A DNA stretch of 62,427 nt, taken from the NCBI RefSeq assembly GCF_001194135.2, contig NC_068995.1:12690517-12752943 (forward strand), in the 5' to 3' direction. The notes under the pieces were generated by a model that saw only the letters and a list, made by a program, of their open reading frames with translations, did no database searches and was not told the origin of the DNA. Source of the DNA: Octopus bimaculoides. Taxonomy: Eukaryota. Shown in pieces: positions 39,939 through 52,352 of this stretch; the first letter of the stretch is position 1; each line of letters begins with the position of its first letter. The translations under genes and the position numbers were made by a program.

Positions 39939-40003
39939 TCACACACTTTAACGGCGGTGCATTAGCATGGCCGCAGCTCTGAGCTGAAACTAGAAAACTA
40001 GAG
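39811..40003 (+). mobile_element. Candidate 5S-derived SINE (SINE3) or 5S/LINE chimera
   Basis: The 5S copy is followed after ~12 nt by ggcggtgcattagcatggccgcagctctgagctgaaactagaaaactaga, which matches the LINE 3' end at 56360-56402 (reverse). Confidence 0.65.
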
Positions 40004-40011
40004 GGAAAAAA

Positions 40012-40053
<42 letters not shown>

Positions 40054-40519
40054 TACGCATTTGCATATATATAATTATAGTTTGTGTGCGTGTGTGTGTC
40101 TGTGTGTGTGGTGTGTGTGTAATTCAAATGTTACAGTTTTACAGTTTGTCGACATAACAGAAAGAGACTGTTCCGTACATTGATATACAGTATAATTTGT
40201 ATTTAAGCATTTTTTATTTCTTTTATTTTAGCGCCTACTCGAATTTTGAGTCAATCAGATCCCCGGTTCGAAACTGTCTTTCGATTTTCCACTTTTTTAA
40301 TATACTATGGAGAATGTTTATTCCTTTGCCGATAGGTTACATTTCCATTGAGTCTATTTCGAATTCACGTCTTAGGTAATTTTTTGGGGTGGGAGCTTTA
40401 ATAATCGTTAACTTTTGTTAATTCGTCATTGAACACGTTATCTAAGACATATACATCCTTATATTTTGAAACTTAAAAACCACAGTTAAATACAATTAAA
40501 TTGCAACTGATCGAAGCCC

Positions 40520-41835
40520 TGTTAGTTCAGGGAAAACCGCTAAAACTAGAAGTATTGCAAAGCAATGGCATTGCAAGTGGTACAAGACAACAAAAATTAA
40601 AAAATTCCGAACTTGCTGAAAAATAAAAGCCAGACATAAAATATACGCTATATTTACAAACAGAACTCAACGACTTTATCAAACTACATTTAGAACTGTA
40701 GGGAGAAACTGGTACAAAATAACATACAATCTTAACTGTAGCTCTTAATGTCACCCCTTATAGAAATAGTTACCTTCGATGTCATAGAAAAATATAACAT
40801 AATTACACAACAAATATGCATGCTGAACAGAAATGAGGCGGTGTCACGTGACCGACACCAAAATAAATTCTATTTAAAATATTTGTTACAATCGCAATGC
40901 AAGGTAAGTATCCAATAACTCAAGAGCAGCGGATATTGCAGTAGAGGCACAACAACGCCACAACAACAGAGGAAGCAAAAAAAAATTAATCAACAGAAAG
41001 AATGTTCATTTAGAGACATCAGATATAAAATGCATTCCTCCACAGAATATATCGAAAATATATCTGGTGATATCAGGTACAAAATAACAATATATGAAGG
41101 AGACAAAACATCAACTTCAGAATTGAACAACCAAGGAATGCATCAAAAACGTCTTCAGCAACTTTAGATACAAAATAACTTCTGAAGTAGACAATGACAT
41201 TTCTAGAAGAACAGGATATAAATTATGTAATCAACAGGCATGTAGAGGACAAATACTGAATCAATCGAATGGATAAAGCAGTAAACAAATAAGCAATTCC
41301 AGCAAATGTGACATTATTTTGTAAACAGGATGCAATTACAGAATAAAGAAGCAGAAAAATAACGGCAACTGTATTTATCAATGAGAAACAATTTATGGAT
41401 AAATTGTTTATCGAAAACAACTTCAGGATAAGAGATTCTGAAAACGATATATATAGAGAGATGAACAACAGTGAAGTCAACCACTGGGAAAATAGAAAAG
41501 CCAACGAATATATCAAAAACCCTTTTAGAGGCTTCAGATAGAAACTAAAGATACATAACGTAAACATGAACGACAGCATTTGCAAACAGGATATAAATGG
41601 CGCAATAAACAGGCAGACACAAGACAAATACAGAATCATGAAATGAATAAGATCTAAACAAATAAACATTTGTAATAAAACATGATACAATTTTGTAAAA
41701 CAGGATACGACTTCAAGATAGAGAAGTGAAAAGAGAACTATCACTGAATTGGCAAGTAGAGACAATTTCAGGAAAACAGCTTCAGATTATCAGGATTAGT
41801 GAAACGACATACAAATAAGCTATGAAGATGTCCGA

Positions 41836-41886
<51 letters not shown>

Positions 41887-42340
41887 CGTAGTTGGTAAAT
41901 GAAGTAATGACAACTATAGGCATTGGAAACCAGCTTATGAAAATGTCATGTCATCACATGGAAAATATTAAGCCCTTTTCAATGTATAGAAAACTAACCC
42001 AAATATCGAAAGGAAACCATTGTTGTTTGAAGATCGCAGAGGCGTGAAACGCAAGTCAAGGAAAGAAAGCATTCAAGTCAAAATCCCCACTTTCATCATG
42101 AGCGACCGGCTCAAATCACCAGGTGAGAAGACCCTTCAGGAAAATAACCCAAATACTGAAAGAAATCCATTCCCATCTGAATATCGCAAAAGCGGGGAAC
42201 TTGATTGCGAGAAAAAAATTCGAGGTAAAACATTCGTTTTCATTATAAACAATAAGCGCATGTCGCAAGCTGAGAAGAAATTCCAGAAAATAACTTGTAA
42301 TATAGAAACATTGCGTTCATAAACGGGAGAAGTAATTCAG
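40520..42340 (+). other. A-rich decayed coding-like region with internal repeats (unassigned pseudogene or retroelement ORF)
   Basis: 375-bp in-frame periodicity (caggat at 41212/41587 and 41326/41701), a repeated EYIKN..F..FRYKIT-like motif at 41045, 41136 and 41506, and a 150-bp repeat (aacccaaata at ~41996/42147). Stops and frameshifts are present. Confidence 0.45.
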
Positions 42341-42477
42341 GTAATCAAGGCACTATAATGAATTAGACATCATACCATTCTTTGGGTAACTGTAATATGC
42401 AGACCCCAATATAAATATACATACAAATACACACAAATATTTATGTATATGTATATTTATGTAAAAAGGTAAAAATT

Positions 42478-42672
42478 CCTTTTGGTAATTGAATGACCAT
42501 GGGATTGTACCTAAAAAGTTCCCCTCCGAAGCACAAGTCCGAACAAGGTTGATTATGGAAGACCAGCAGTTGCCAATGCATACCAGCCTTCCTGCTCCAC
42601 GCCACCAGTGTTATCCAAGGGAAAGGCAAAGGCCAATACAGCTTGGTACCAGTGACGTCGCAATTTGAGTTG
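42478..42672 (-). mobile_element. SINE group C tail type C3
   Basis: tatggaagaccagcagttgccaatgcataccagcc..gttatccaagggaaaggcaaagg..cagcttggtaccagtgac. Confidence 0.8.
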
Positions 42673-43015
42673 CCTCGTCATGCATGAATATGTATAAGCA
42701 TTTGTGCGTACACGCGTCAGTGTATGTATGCATATATAATTAACTAGAAGTGCATGAAACAGTGATGAATGAAATACACATGTATACAATCATATTTAAC
42801 ATGTTCGTGTGCATTTAGGCTTAGGAAGAGCTCTTCGCTGCGAAAATAATCCCGAGACAAAATTCTCTTCATAATTAATATGAATAATAACATATTATAC
42901 TTCAAAGCGTAAAATGCTTGTGTTTCTGGGTCACTACTCTTCATCAGCTACAAATACCGAATACCTTGTAAGAACCCTTATATATATATATATATATATA
43001 TATATNNNNNNNNNN

Positions 43016-43046
<31 letters not shown>

Positions 43047-43759
43047 TACAGCCAAAGAGGATAAGTTCGCGCTCATAATCCATTCTTTTGTTACTAGTGG
43101 GAAGAAGTTATCATCAGATTGGAAACCTTGCCCAATTTTGTGCTCCGGTGTTGTTTTTGTTGAAAGCCTTTCAATGGCTGAGATTTTCTGTTGATTAAAC
43201 TGGCGGATTTTGATCATAGGAACTACTCAGTGAGAGCTGAGCTACCGCTAAACATTCAACATCAACAACGACTATAACAACAAAGATTTAATCTCGCCTC
43301 GAACCTAGTCAGCGATGCAGTATCGATCCTCTGCAGAGGCGAATTCATATCGTTTAAATCGCCAACATTCTTGGGGAATATATGAGCATAAAACCCCACC
43401 GTTTCCCGTAGTTCTTTAAAATATGCGGTTTTTGCGCCTAAAAATAACATATTAATTAGACACATTCTTGAACAATTATATTCTTTGAACAATCTTAGCT
43501 TATGAATTAATTATTTAATTAAATGTTTAATTAATTGATTATCCATCCAGCATTCTAAATTAATTGTCTCTAACTTAATCAATTCTCTATTTTTCGTCTT
43601 TCGAAACCAAGGTCACTGGGTCAGGTCAAATGATCCTAATATTTATAACCGATATTTATAGAAAGGGGAGAGTTTGAAGCGATGGAGAAAAAAAGGAAAA
43701 GAAAAGAATAGATTATATTGACATAATGCTTTTCCGCTAACAAATTAGAGCCCGCCCTC

Positions 43760-44035
43760 TCTTTCTGTGTTCAAATCCAGTCCGAGTCGACTTTGTTTTT
43801 GTTAGCAGCGAGGTAGATATTAAAAACATAAAACAAATTTTTTAAAAACCAGTCTACTTGTACCAGTCATTGGATTGCGGCCATGTTGGTGCAGTGCCTC
43901 GAAGAGACTAGTCAACAAACCGACCTTAGTACTTACTCAATTTTAAGTGTTGTACTTATTCTATAGTTTCCTTTTCCTGAACCGCTTAGTTAGGAAAACG
44001 TAAATCATCGAACATCGGTCGTGGTGTTGGAGTCA

Positions 44036-44038
<3 letters not shown>
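43760..44038. mobile_element. SINE B fragment (plus) and degenerate SINE A 3' part (minus)
   Basis: gttcaaatccagtccgagtcgactttg; then ggattgcggccatgttggtgc..gtacttattctatag..gaaccgcttagtt. Confidence 0.6.
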
Positions 44039-44077
<39 letters not shown>

Positions 44078-45268
44078 NNNNNNNNNNNNNNNNNNNNNNN
44101 NNNNNNNNNNNNNNNNNNNNNNNNNNNNNNNNNNNNNNNNNNNNNNNNNNNNNNNNNNNNNNNNNNNNNNNNNNNNNNNNNNNNNNNNNNNNNNNNNNNN
44201 NNNNNNNNNNNNNNNNNNNNNNNNNNNNNNNNNNNNNNNNNNNNNNNNNNNNNNNNNNNNNNNNNNNNNNNNNNNNNNNNNNNNNNNNNNNNNNNNNNNN
44301 NNNNNNNNNNNNNNNNNNNNNNNNNNNNNNNNNNNNNNNNNNNNNNNNNNNNNNNNNNNNNNNNNNNNNNNNNNNNNNNNNNNNNNNNNNNNNNNNNNNN
44401 NNNNNNNNNNNNNNNNNNNNNNNNNNNNNNNNNNNNNNNNNNNNNNNNNNNNNNNNNNNNNNNNNNNNNNNNNNNNNNNNNNNNNNNNNNNNNNNNNNNN
44501 NNNNNNNNNNNNNNNNNNNNNNNNNNNNNNNNNNNNNNNNNNNNNNNNNNNNNNNNNNNNNNNNNNNNNNNNNNNNNNNNNNNNNNNNNNNNNNNNNNNN
44601 NNNNNNNNNNNNNNNNNNNNNNNNNNNNNNNNNNNNNNNNNNNNNNNNNNNNNNNNNNNNNNNNNNNNNNNNNNNNNNNNNNNNNNNNNNNNNNNNNNNN
44701 NNNNNNNNNNNNNNNNNNNNNNNNNNNNNNNNNNNNNNNNNNNNNNNNNNNNNNNNNNNNNNNNNNNNNNNNNNNNNNNNNNNNNNNNNNNNNNNNNNNN
44801 NNNNNNNNNNNNNNNNNNNNNNNNNNNNNNNNNNNNNNNNNNNNNNNNNNNNNNNNNNNNNNNNNNNNNNNNNNNNNNNNNNNNNNNNNNNNNNNNNNNN
44901 NNNNNNNNNNNNNNNNNNNNNNNNNNNNNNNNNNNNNNNNNNNNNNNNNNNNNNNNNNNNNNNNNNNNNNNNNATATATATATATATATATACATGAACG
45001 TGCACGCTTTGTGTATATGTGTTAGTTTTCCCGTGATTTCTTATGAAACCTAGCTATGACAAAAGGTACTCCGCTTCCTCCAACCGTCATCATTTCATCC
45101 GAACATTTCCTAACAAGCATTTATTCAAGGACAACGCTATCTGGTTGGCTGATAACTACCAGCCCAACAATCGCCCAACCAACCAGCCCACCAACGATCC
45201 ACTCGACCAGATACTGAACCAATGTCTCAACCGCCCACGCAGCCTAACAACTAAACTGTTAACTAGGC

Positions 45269-45793
45269 CTATGGTTCTCAATCGTGGTCTATATGGCCCT
45301 TGGGAATGGGATCCATATAAGATTTTGTTAGTAAAATTCATGTGTAATAAATTGGTTATACTTTTGCTATACACAAAATATTTTAACAATCTTTTTATAC
45401 AAACCCTAATAATATTTAATTATAAAAATACAGAATGTTCAAAAAGTCTCTCCGCAGTTAAATTTTTTCTCCAAGATTTTTCTCCAATTTTTTCTCCAAG
45501 ATCTTTCTTCAATTTTTTCCACATGTTTAGAAGAGTCAACTTATGTTTTGAAAATGAAGGACGACACTTTGAACACCTCTTATAAAGTATTTTTTTGAGT
45601 CTTTTAAAGTCTAATATATTCTTTTGTAGTCGTATACCATTTTATAAATATTTATTTTGCAATAAAATACTTACTGCGGAGAGACTTTTTGAACACCCTC
45701 CATAAGATTTTTTAAAACATTAAATGGCTATGGGGGTCCACCTGAGTAAAATAAGAATCAAAGTGGTCCATAGGGGGGGGGTGAGAAGCACTG
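45269..45793. mobile_element. hAT (Charlie-like) MITE
   Basis: Degenerate TIRs ctatggttctcaa and gtgagaagcactg (consensus cagtggttctcaa); the 8-bp flanks aactaggc and atttaaac are only partly alike. Confidence 0.6.
45431..45700 (+). mobile_element. Tc1/mariner-derived MITE nested in the hAT MITE
   Basis: TIRs cagaatgttcaaaaagtctctccgcagt and actgcggagagactttttgaacaccctc, with TA on the left. Internally it carries a transposase C-terminal remnant, CFENEGRHFEHLL*. Confidence 0.85.
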
Positions 45794-47379
45794 ATTTAAA
45801 CAATCAATAAGTTAATGTAAGGAGCCACTAATCCAGCTCAGTAATTATCCAGCAAGTCAGCTACTCACCCAACAAATGAGTTTACCAATCAACCAATCAA
45901 GCAACAAGACAATCCACACACCCCTCCGACCACACAACCAGCCAGCCAACCAGCCAACTAGTCAACCAACAAANNNNNNNNNNNNNNNNNNNNNNNNNNN
46001 NNNNNNNNNNNNNNNNNNNNNNNNNNNNNNNNNNNNNNNNNNNNNNNNNNNNNNNNNNNNNNNNNNNNNNNNNNNNNNNNNNNNNNNNNNNNNNNNNNNN
46101 NNNNNNNNNNNNNNNNNNNNNNNNNNNNNNNNNNNNNNNNNNNNNNNNNNNNNNNNNNNNNNNNNNNNNNNNNNNNNNNNNNNNNNNNNNNNNNNNNNNN
46201 NNNNNNNNNNNNNNNNNNNNNNNNNNNNNNNNNNNNNNNNNNNNNNNNNNNNNNNNNNNNNNNNNNNNNNNNNNNNNNNNNNNNNNNNNNNNNNNNNNNN
46301 NNNNNNNNNNNNNNNNNNNNNNNNNNNNNNNNNNNNNNNNNNNNNNNNNNNNNNNNNNNNNNNNNNNNNNNNNNNNNNNNNNNNNNNNNNNNNNNNNNNN
46401 NNNNNNNNNNNNNNNNNNNNNNNNNNNNNNNNNNNNNNNNNNNNNNNNNNNNNNNNNNNNNNNNNNNNNNNNNNNNNNNNNNNNNNNNNNNNNNNNNNNN
46501 NNNNNNNNNNNNNNNNNNNNNNNNNNNNNNNNNNNNNNNNNNNNNNNNNNNNNNNNNNNNNNNNNNNNNNNNNNNNNNNNNNNNNNNNNNNNNNNNNNNN
46601 NNNNNNNNNNNNNNATCAAAAATGAAAATGAAAATCAAACTTGAGGTTGACATTCATGGAACCACAGACATCCAAAATAGTCAATAAACCAAGATAGAAG
46701 ATTCCATGTTCTTCTTCAACTCTTATATTTGCACGCAAATTCTTGGATGTTCCAACAGCACGCTTTTTCCTTCTTTCCATTTATGTTTCTTCACCTTTTT
46801 GGAAGGAATTTTTTTGGTGTTGTTGTTGTTCTTCTTTCCTGTTAGTCTTTTAGAGTTTTTAGAACTTTCATTGTTGTTGTTGTTGTTGTTGCTGTTATAG
46901 TTTTTCGTGGTTGATTTTGTTGTTGTTGTTTTTTGCTCGCTTGTTTTTTGTTTTCTTGTTATTGTTATTGCTGTTGTTCTTTTTGATTTCTTTCAAGCAA
47001 ATGTTTGTCGTTCATGTTAACATATCAACTTGTTTCTTTGCAGTGTTTGCCACATTCATTCAATACCTCTCACTCTCACCTTTCCTCTTCACCCTTCCCC
47101 CCACCCCCTCTCTCTCTTTCTCTCACACACATACACACACACATACATACACACACACATACACACACACACACATACATATACACACACATATACACAC
47201 GACTTCTCTCTATCTCAATCCATCTCTTTCTCTGTCTCTTTCTTTCACTTGTCTCTTGCTCAGTCGATTTTGCTTTGATTTTGTTATTTTTCTGTTAATT
47301 TGTTTTGTGTTTCTTTTCTCTACTTTCAATTCCATTCTTTTTATTTTTCCTTTTGTTGTTCATTGAGTTTCTTAAAGTC

Positions 47380-47499
47380 TATCTCTCTTCCCGTCTATCT
47401 AACTATATGTCTATCTACTTATCCCTCTATCTCCATATCCATCTATCTATTCAGTTATCTACCCTTCCATCCAGTTAGCTAGCTAGCAAACTGTCTATA

Positions 47500-47547
<48 letters not shown>

Positions 47548-47842
47548 CAGTTATCTATCCATCCATCCATCTATCTAACTGAATATCAACTTATCTATTA
47601 AGTTATCAATCTATACATCAATTTAGCAAGCTAGATAGCTGTCTAGCTGCATATCAATCTTCATCACTCAATTTCTCTGTTTATGTATTTATGTATATAT
47701 GTATCACTCTATCTCTTTATCCATCCATCCATCCATCCATCCATCCATCCATCTATCTATCCATCAATCTATTCATCTATCTATCTATCTACCTATCCAT
47801 CTATCTATTCATCTATCTACCTATCATCCATCTATCTATCTA

Positions 47843-47881
<39 letters not shown>
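47380..47881. repeat. (ATCT/ATCC)n field
   Basis: Direct. Confidence 0.9.
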
Positions 47882-49089
47882 NNNNNNNNNNNNNNNNNNN
47901 NNNNNNNNNNNNNNNNNNNNNNNNNNNNNNNNNNNNNNNNNNNNNNNNNNNNNNNNNNNNNNNNNNNNNNNNNNNNNNNNNNNNNNNNNNNNNNNNNNNN
48001 NNNNNNNNNNNNNNNNNNNNNNNNNNNNNNNNNNNNNNNNNNNNNNNNNNNNNNNNNNNNNNNNNNNNNNNNNNNNNNNNNNNNNNNNNNNNNNNNNNNN
48101 NNNNNNNNNNNNNNNNNNNNNNNNNNNNNNNNNNNNNNNNNNNNNNNNNNNNNNNNNNNNNNNNNNNNNNNNNNNNNNNNNNNNNNNNNNNNNNNNNNNN
48201 NNNNNNNNNNNNNNNNNNNNNNNNNNNNNNNNNNNNNNNNNNNNNNNNNNNNNNNNNNNNNNNNNNNNNNNNNNNNNNNNNNNNNNNNNNNNNNNNNNNN
48301 NNNNNNNNNNNNNNNNNNNNNNNNNNNNNNNNNNNNNNNNNNNNNNNNNNNNNNNNNNNNNNNNNNNNNNNNNNNNNNNNNNNNNNNNNNNNNNNNNNNN
48401 NNNNNNNNNNNNNNNNNNNNNNNNNNNNNNNNNNNNNNNNNNNNNNNNNNNNNNNNNNNNNNNNNNNNNNNNNNNNNNNNNNNNNNNNNNNNNNNNNNNN
48501 NNNNNNNNNNNNNNNNNNNNNNNNNNNNNNNNNNNNNNNNNNNNNNNNNNNNNNNNNNNNNNNNNNNNNNNNNNNNNNNNNNNNNNNNNNNNNNNNNNNN
48601 NNNNNNNNNNNNNNNNNNNNNNNNNNNNNNNNNNNNNNNNNNNNNNNNNNNNNNNNNNNNNNNNNNNNNNNNNNNNNNNNNNNNNNNNNNNNNNNNNNNN
48701 NNNNNNNNNNNNNNNNNNNNNNNNTATATATATATACATACGTGTGTCTGTATGTATATTTGTGTGTTTATAGGTATAGACGTATATGTATATTCATGAA
48801 TAAATAGCTACATATATAATACACACACACATATACGAATATACACGCATACACACACACACATATATGTATATGTAAATTTATGTAAGCATGTATACAT
48901 ATTATATGTATGTGTACACAAAGAGAGAAGGGGAAAGGGGAAGGGAAATGGAAATCAAGGAAAGCAGCAATAAGAAAAAATTGAGATGAAACAAAATGGA
49001 AGCCGGAAGGACGAAACGAATGGCCCCAAAATGGTGGAAATAGTTGACATCCTTCTGGTAATTTTTTTACATGATGCCATGAATTAGAC

Positions 49090-49153
<64 letters not shown>

Positions 49154-49209
49154 TTGATAGAGACATAGTGAGTGGGAGAGAGAGAGGAGAAAGAAGTAGA
49201 GAGGGGAAA

Positions 49210-49365
49210 GGAAGAAGTGTAGCTGCTTGTACTTGACTGGTTATTTTATTGATGGAACCCCTAAAGGATGAAAGCCGAAATTGAATATCAGCATTATATG
49301 AACTCAGGGCAGAGAAACCCGGAGAGGGTTGCCGCAAGGTATTCTATCCGGCGCTCTATTATAAC
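49210..49365 (-). mobile_element. Degenerate SINE group B
   Basis: ttattttattgatggaacccctaaaggatgaaagcc..tgaactcagggc..ggcgctcta resembles the reverse of the group B Nin-like domain and head. Confidence 0.5.
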
Positions 49366-49455
49366 TCTCCCTGTTCGTTACCTGAAGTAAACTATTTCTG
49401 TTATTAATTCTTTTCTGGCTCTTCTGCGTCTCTTTATTTTATCATCATCATCATT

Positions 49456-49487
<32 letters not shown>

Positions 49488-49488
49488 T

Positions 49489-49520
<32 letters not shown>

Positions 49521-50320
49521 TATCATCATCATNNNNNNNNNNNNNNNNNNNNNNNNNNNNNNNNNNNNNNNNNNNNNNNNNNNNNNNNNNNNNNNNNNNN
49601 NNNNNNNNNNNNNNNNNNNNNNNNNNNNNNNNNNNNNNNNNNNNNNNNNNNNNNNNNNNNNNNNNNNNNNNNNNNNNNNNNNNNNNNNNNNNNNNNNNNN
49701 NNNNNNNNNNNNNNNNNNNNNNNNNNNNNNNNNNNNNNNNNNNNNNNNNNNNNNNNNNNNNNNNNNNNNNNNNNNNNNNNNNNNNNNNNNNNNNNNNNNN
49801 NNNNNNNNNNNNNNNNNNNNNNNNNNNNNNNNNNNNNNNNNNNNNNNNNNNNNNNNNNNNNNNNNNNNNNNNNNNNNNNNNNNNNNNNNNNNNNNNNNNN
49901 NNNNNNNNNNNNNNNNNNNNNNNNNNNNNNNNNNNNNNNNNNNNNNNNNNNNNNNNNNNNNNNNNNNNNNNNNNNNNNNNNNNNNNNNNNNNNNNNNNNN
50001 NNNNNNNNNNNNNNNNNNNNNNNNNNNNNNNNNNNNNNNNNNNNNNNNNNNNNNNNNNNNNNNNNNNNNNNNNNNNNNNNNNNNNNNNNNNNNNNNNNNN
50101 NNNNNNNNNNNNNNNNNNNNNNNNNNNNNNNNNNNNNNNNNNNNNNNNNNNNNNNNNNNNNNNNNNNNNNNNNNNNNNNNNNNNNNNNNNNNNNNNNNNN
50201 NNNNNNNNNNNNNNNNNNNNNNNNNNNNNNNNNNNNNNNNNNNNTATATATATATATATATATATATATGTACATATATATTCATATATACATATGCCTG
50301 TATGTATATGTATATATGTG

Positions 50321-50352
<32 letters not shown>

Positions 50353-50472
50353 TGTATGTATGTATGTATGCATATATGTGTATATGTATGTGTATGTATG
50401 TATAAGATAGAAAGATAGAAAGTTGTGTCACCAAATACATATATATACACATATATATACACATACATACAC

Positions 50473-50507
<35 letters not shown>

Positions 50508-51120
50508 CACGCGCACATATGCATGCTCTCATATCAATATATATATATATATATGTGTGCGTGTATATATAAATATGTGTGTGCATATGTTTGTGTTAGC
50601 GTGTGTACGAACCTAAGTGTACTTCAGTGTTTTATACGCACGCACACACACACATACACACACATACACCCACGTACACACACAGACACAGTCACATACA
50701 GCTTTACACTATTTCATAAATCTTTAATCTCGACCATAAATGATAGACCTTGTTACATCTTGGCTGTTGGCCACAGATAAATTGATTAAATCTGTCCACA
50801 CCCCTATCACTCTTTCTCATTACCTCTCACTAATTTTCTCTCTCATTCACTCTCTCAATCTCAGTCTCGACTCCCACCACGACCATCACCGGTGACAATG
50901 ACAACAAACACTGCCTAATATACTACACTTTCTCTATATATTAACACCTCCGAATGCTAATGAGAATTGAACTTGATATCCAGCCTTCTATGTGTCGCAG
51001 CTATTACGACGTAGCAATATATAGAAAGAGACATGGCAGAGATAGACTCATAAATTATGATATACTGGATCTGATATGGCGACGAAAGCCAATGGAATGT
51101 ACACACACATGCGTGTAGTA

Positions 51121-51164
<44 letters not shown>

Positions 51165-51339
51165 CATGTATGTGAGTGTAAATACATAGATGCATATTAT
51201 ATATTAAATATTACACATATATTTATACACATATATATATATATCAATCTTCATGCATTCGCACACACATACATATAGCTGTATACATAAATATATACAC
51301 AACCAGGCATACACATACACACACACAAAAATATATACA

Positions 51340-51382
<43 letters not shown>

Positions 51383-52321
51383 NNNNNNNNNNNNNNNNNN
51401 NNNNNNNNNNNNNNNNNNNNNNNNNNNNNNNNNNNNNNNNNNNNNNNNNNNNNNNNNNNNNNNNNNNNNNNNNNNNNNNNNNNNNNNNNNNNNNNNNNNN
51501 NNNNNNNNNNNNNNNNNNNNNNNNNNNNNNNNNNNNNNNNNNNNNNNNNNNNNNNNNNNNNNNNNNNNNNNNNNNNNNNNNNNNNNNNNNNNNNNNNNNN
51601 NNNNNNNNNNNNNNNNNNNNNNNNNNNNNNNNNNNNNNNNNNNNNNNNNNNNNNNNNNNNNNNNNNNNNNNNNNNNNNNNNNNNNNNNNNNNNNNNNNNN
51701 NNNNNNNNNNNNNNNNNNNNNNNNNNNNNNNNNNNNNNNNNNNNNNNNNNNNNNNNNNNNNNNNNNNNNNNNNNNNNNNNNNNNNNNNNNNNNNNNNNNN
51801 NNNNNNNNNNNNNNNNNNNNNNNNNNNNNNNNNNNNNNNNNNNNNNNNNNNNNNNNNNNNNNNNNNNNNNNNNNNNNNNNNNNNNNNNNNNNNNNNNNNN
51901 NNNNNNNNNNNNNNNNNNNNNNNNNNNNNNNNNNNNNNNNNNNNNNNNNNNNNNNNNNNNNNNNNNNNNNNNNNNNNNNNNNNNNNNNNNNNNNNNNNNN
52001 NNNNNNNNNNNNNNNNNNNNNNNNNNNNNNNNNNNNNNNNNNNNNNNNNNNNNNNNNNNNNNNNNNNNNNNNNNNNNNNNNNNNNNNNNNNNNNNNNNNN
52101 NNNNNNNNNNNNNNNNNNNNNNNNNNNNNNNNNNNNNNNNNNNNNNNNNNNNNNNNNNNNNNNNNNNNNNNNNNNNNNNNNNNNNNNNNNNNNNNNNNNN
52201 NNNNNNNNNNNNNNNNNNNNNNNNNNNNNNNNNNNNNNNNNNNNNNNNNNNNNNNNNNNNNNNNNNNNNNNNNNNNNNNNNNNNNNNNNNNNNNNNNNNN
52301 NNNNNNNNNNNNNNNNNNNNN

Positions 52322-52350
<29 letters not shown>

Positions 52351-52352
<2 letters not shown>

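Noticed and set aside
41223-41765. 180-aa hydrophobic minus-strand ORF
   Set aside because: Antisense shadow of the A-rich plus strand; the hydrophobicity reflects T-richness.
42978-43492. Minus-strand ORFs of 79 and 76 aa
   Set aside because: The first overlaps a segment ending in the ttgatcatagg..gctaaaca..caacaac retroposon-type tail; neither has a recognisable domain or splice support.
50954-51118. ORF MLMRIELDIQPSMCRSYYDVAIYRKRHGRDRLINYDILDLIWRRKPME..
   Set aside because: About 54 codons, within chance expectation; no good donor and no homology recognised.
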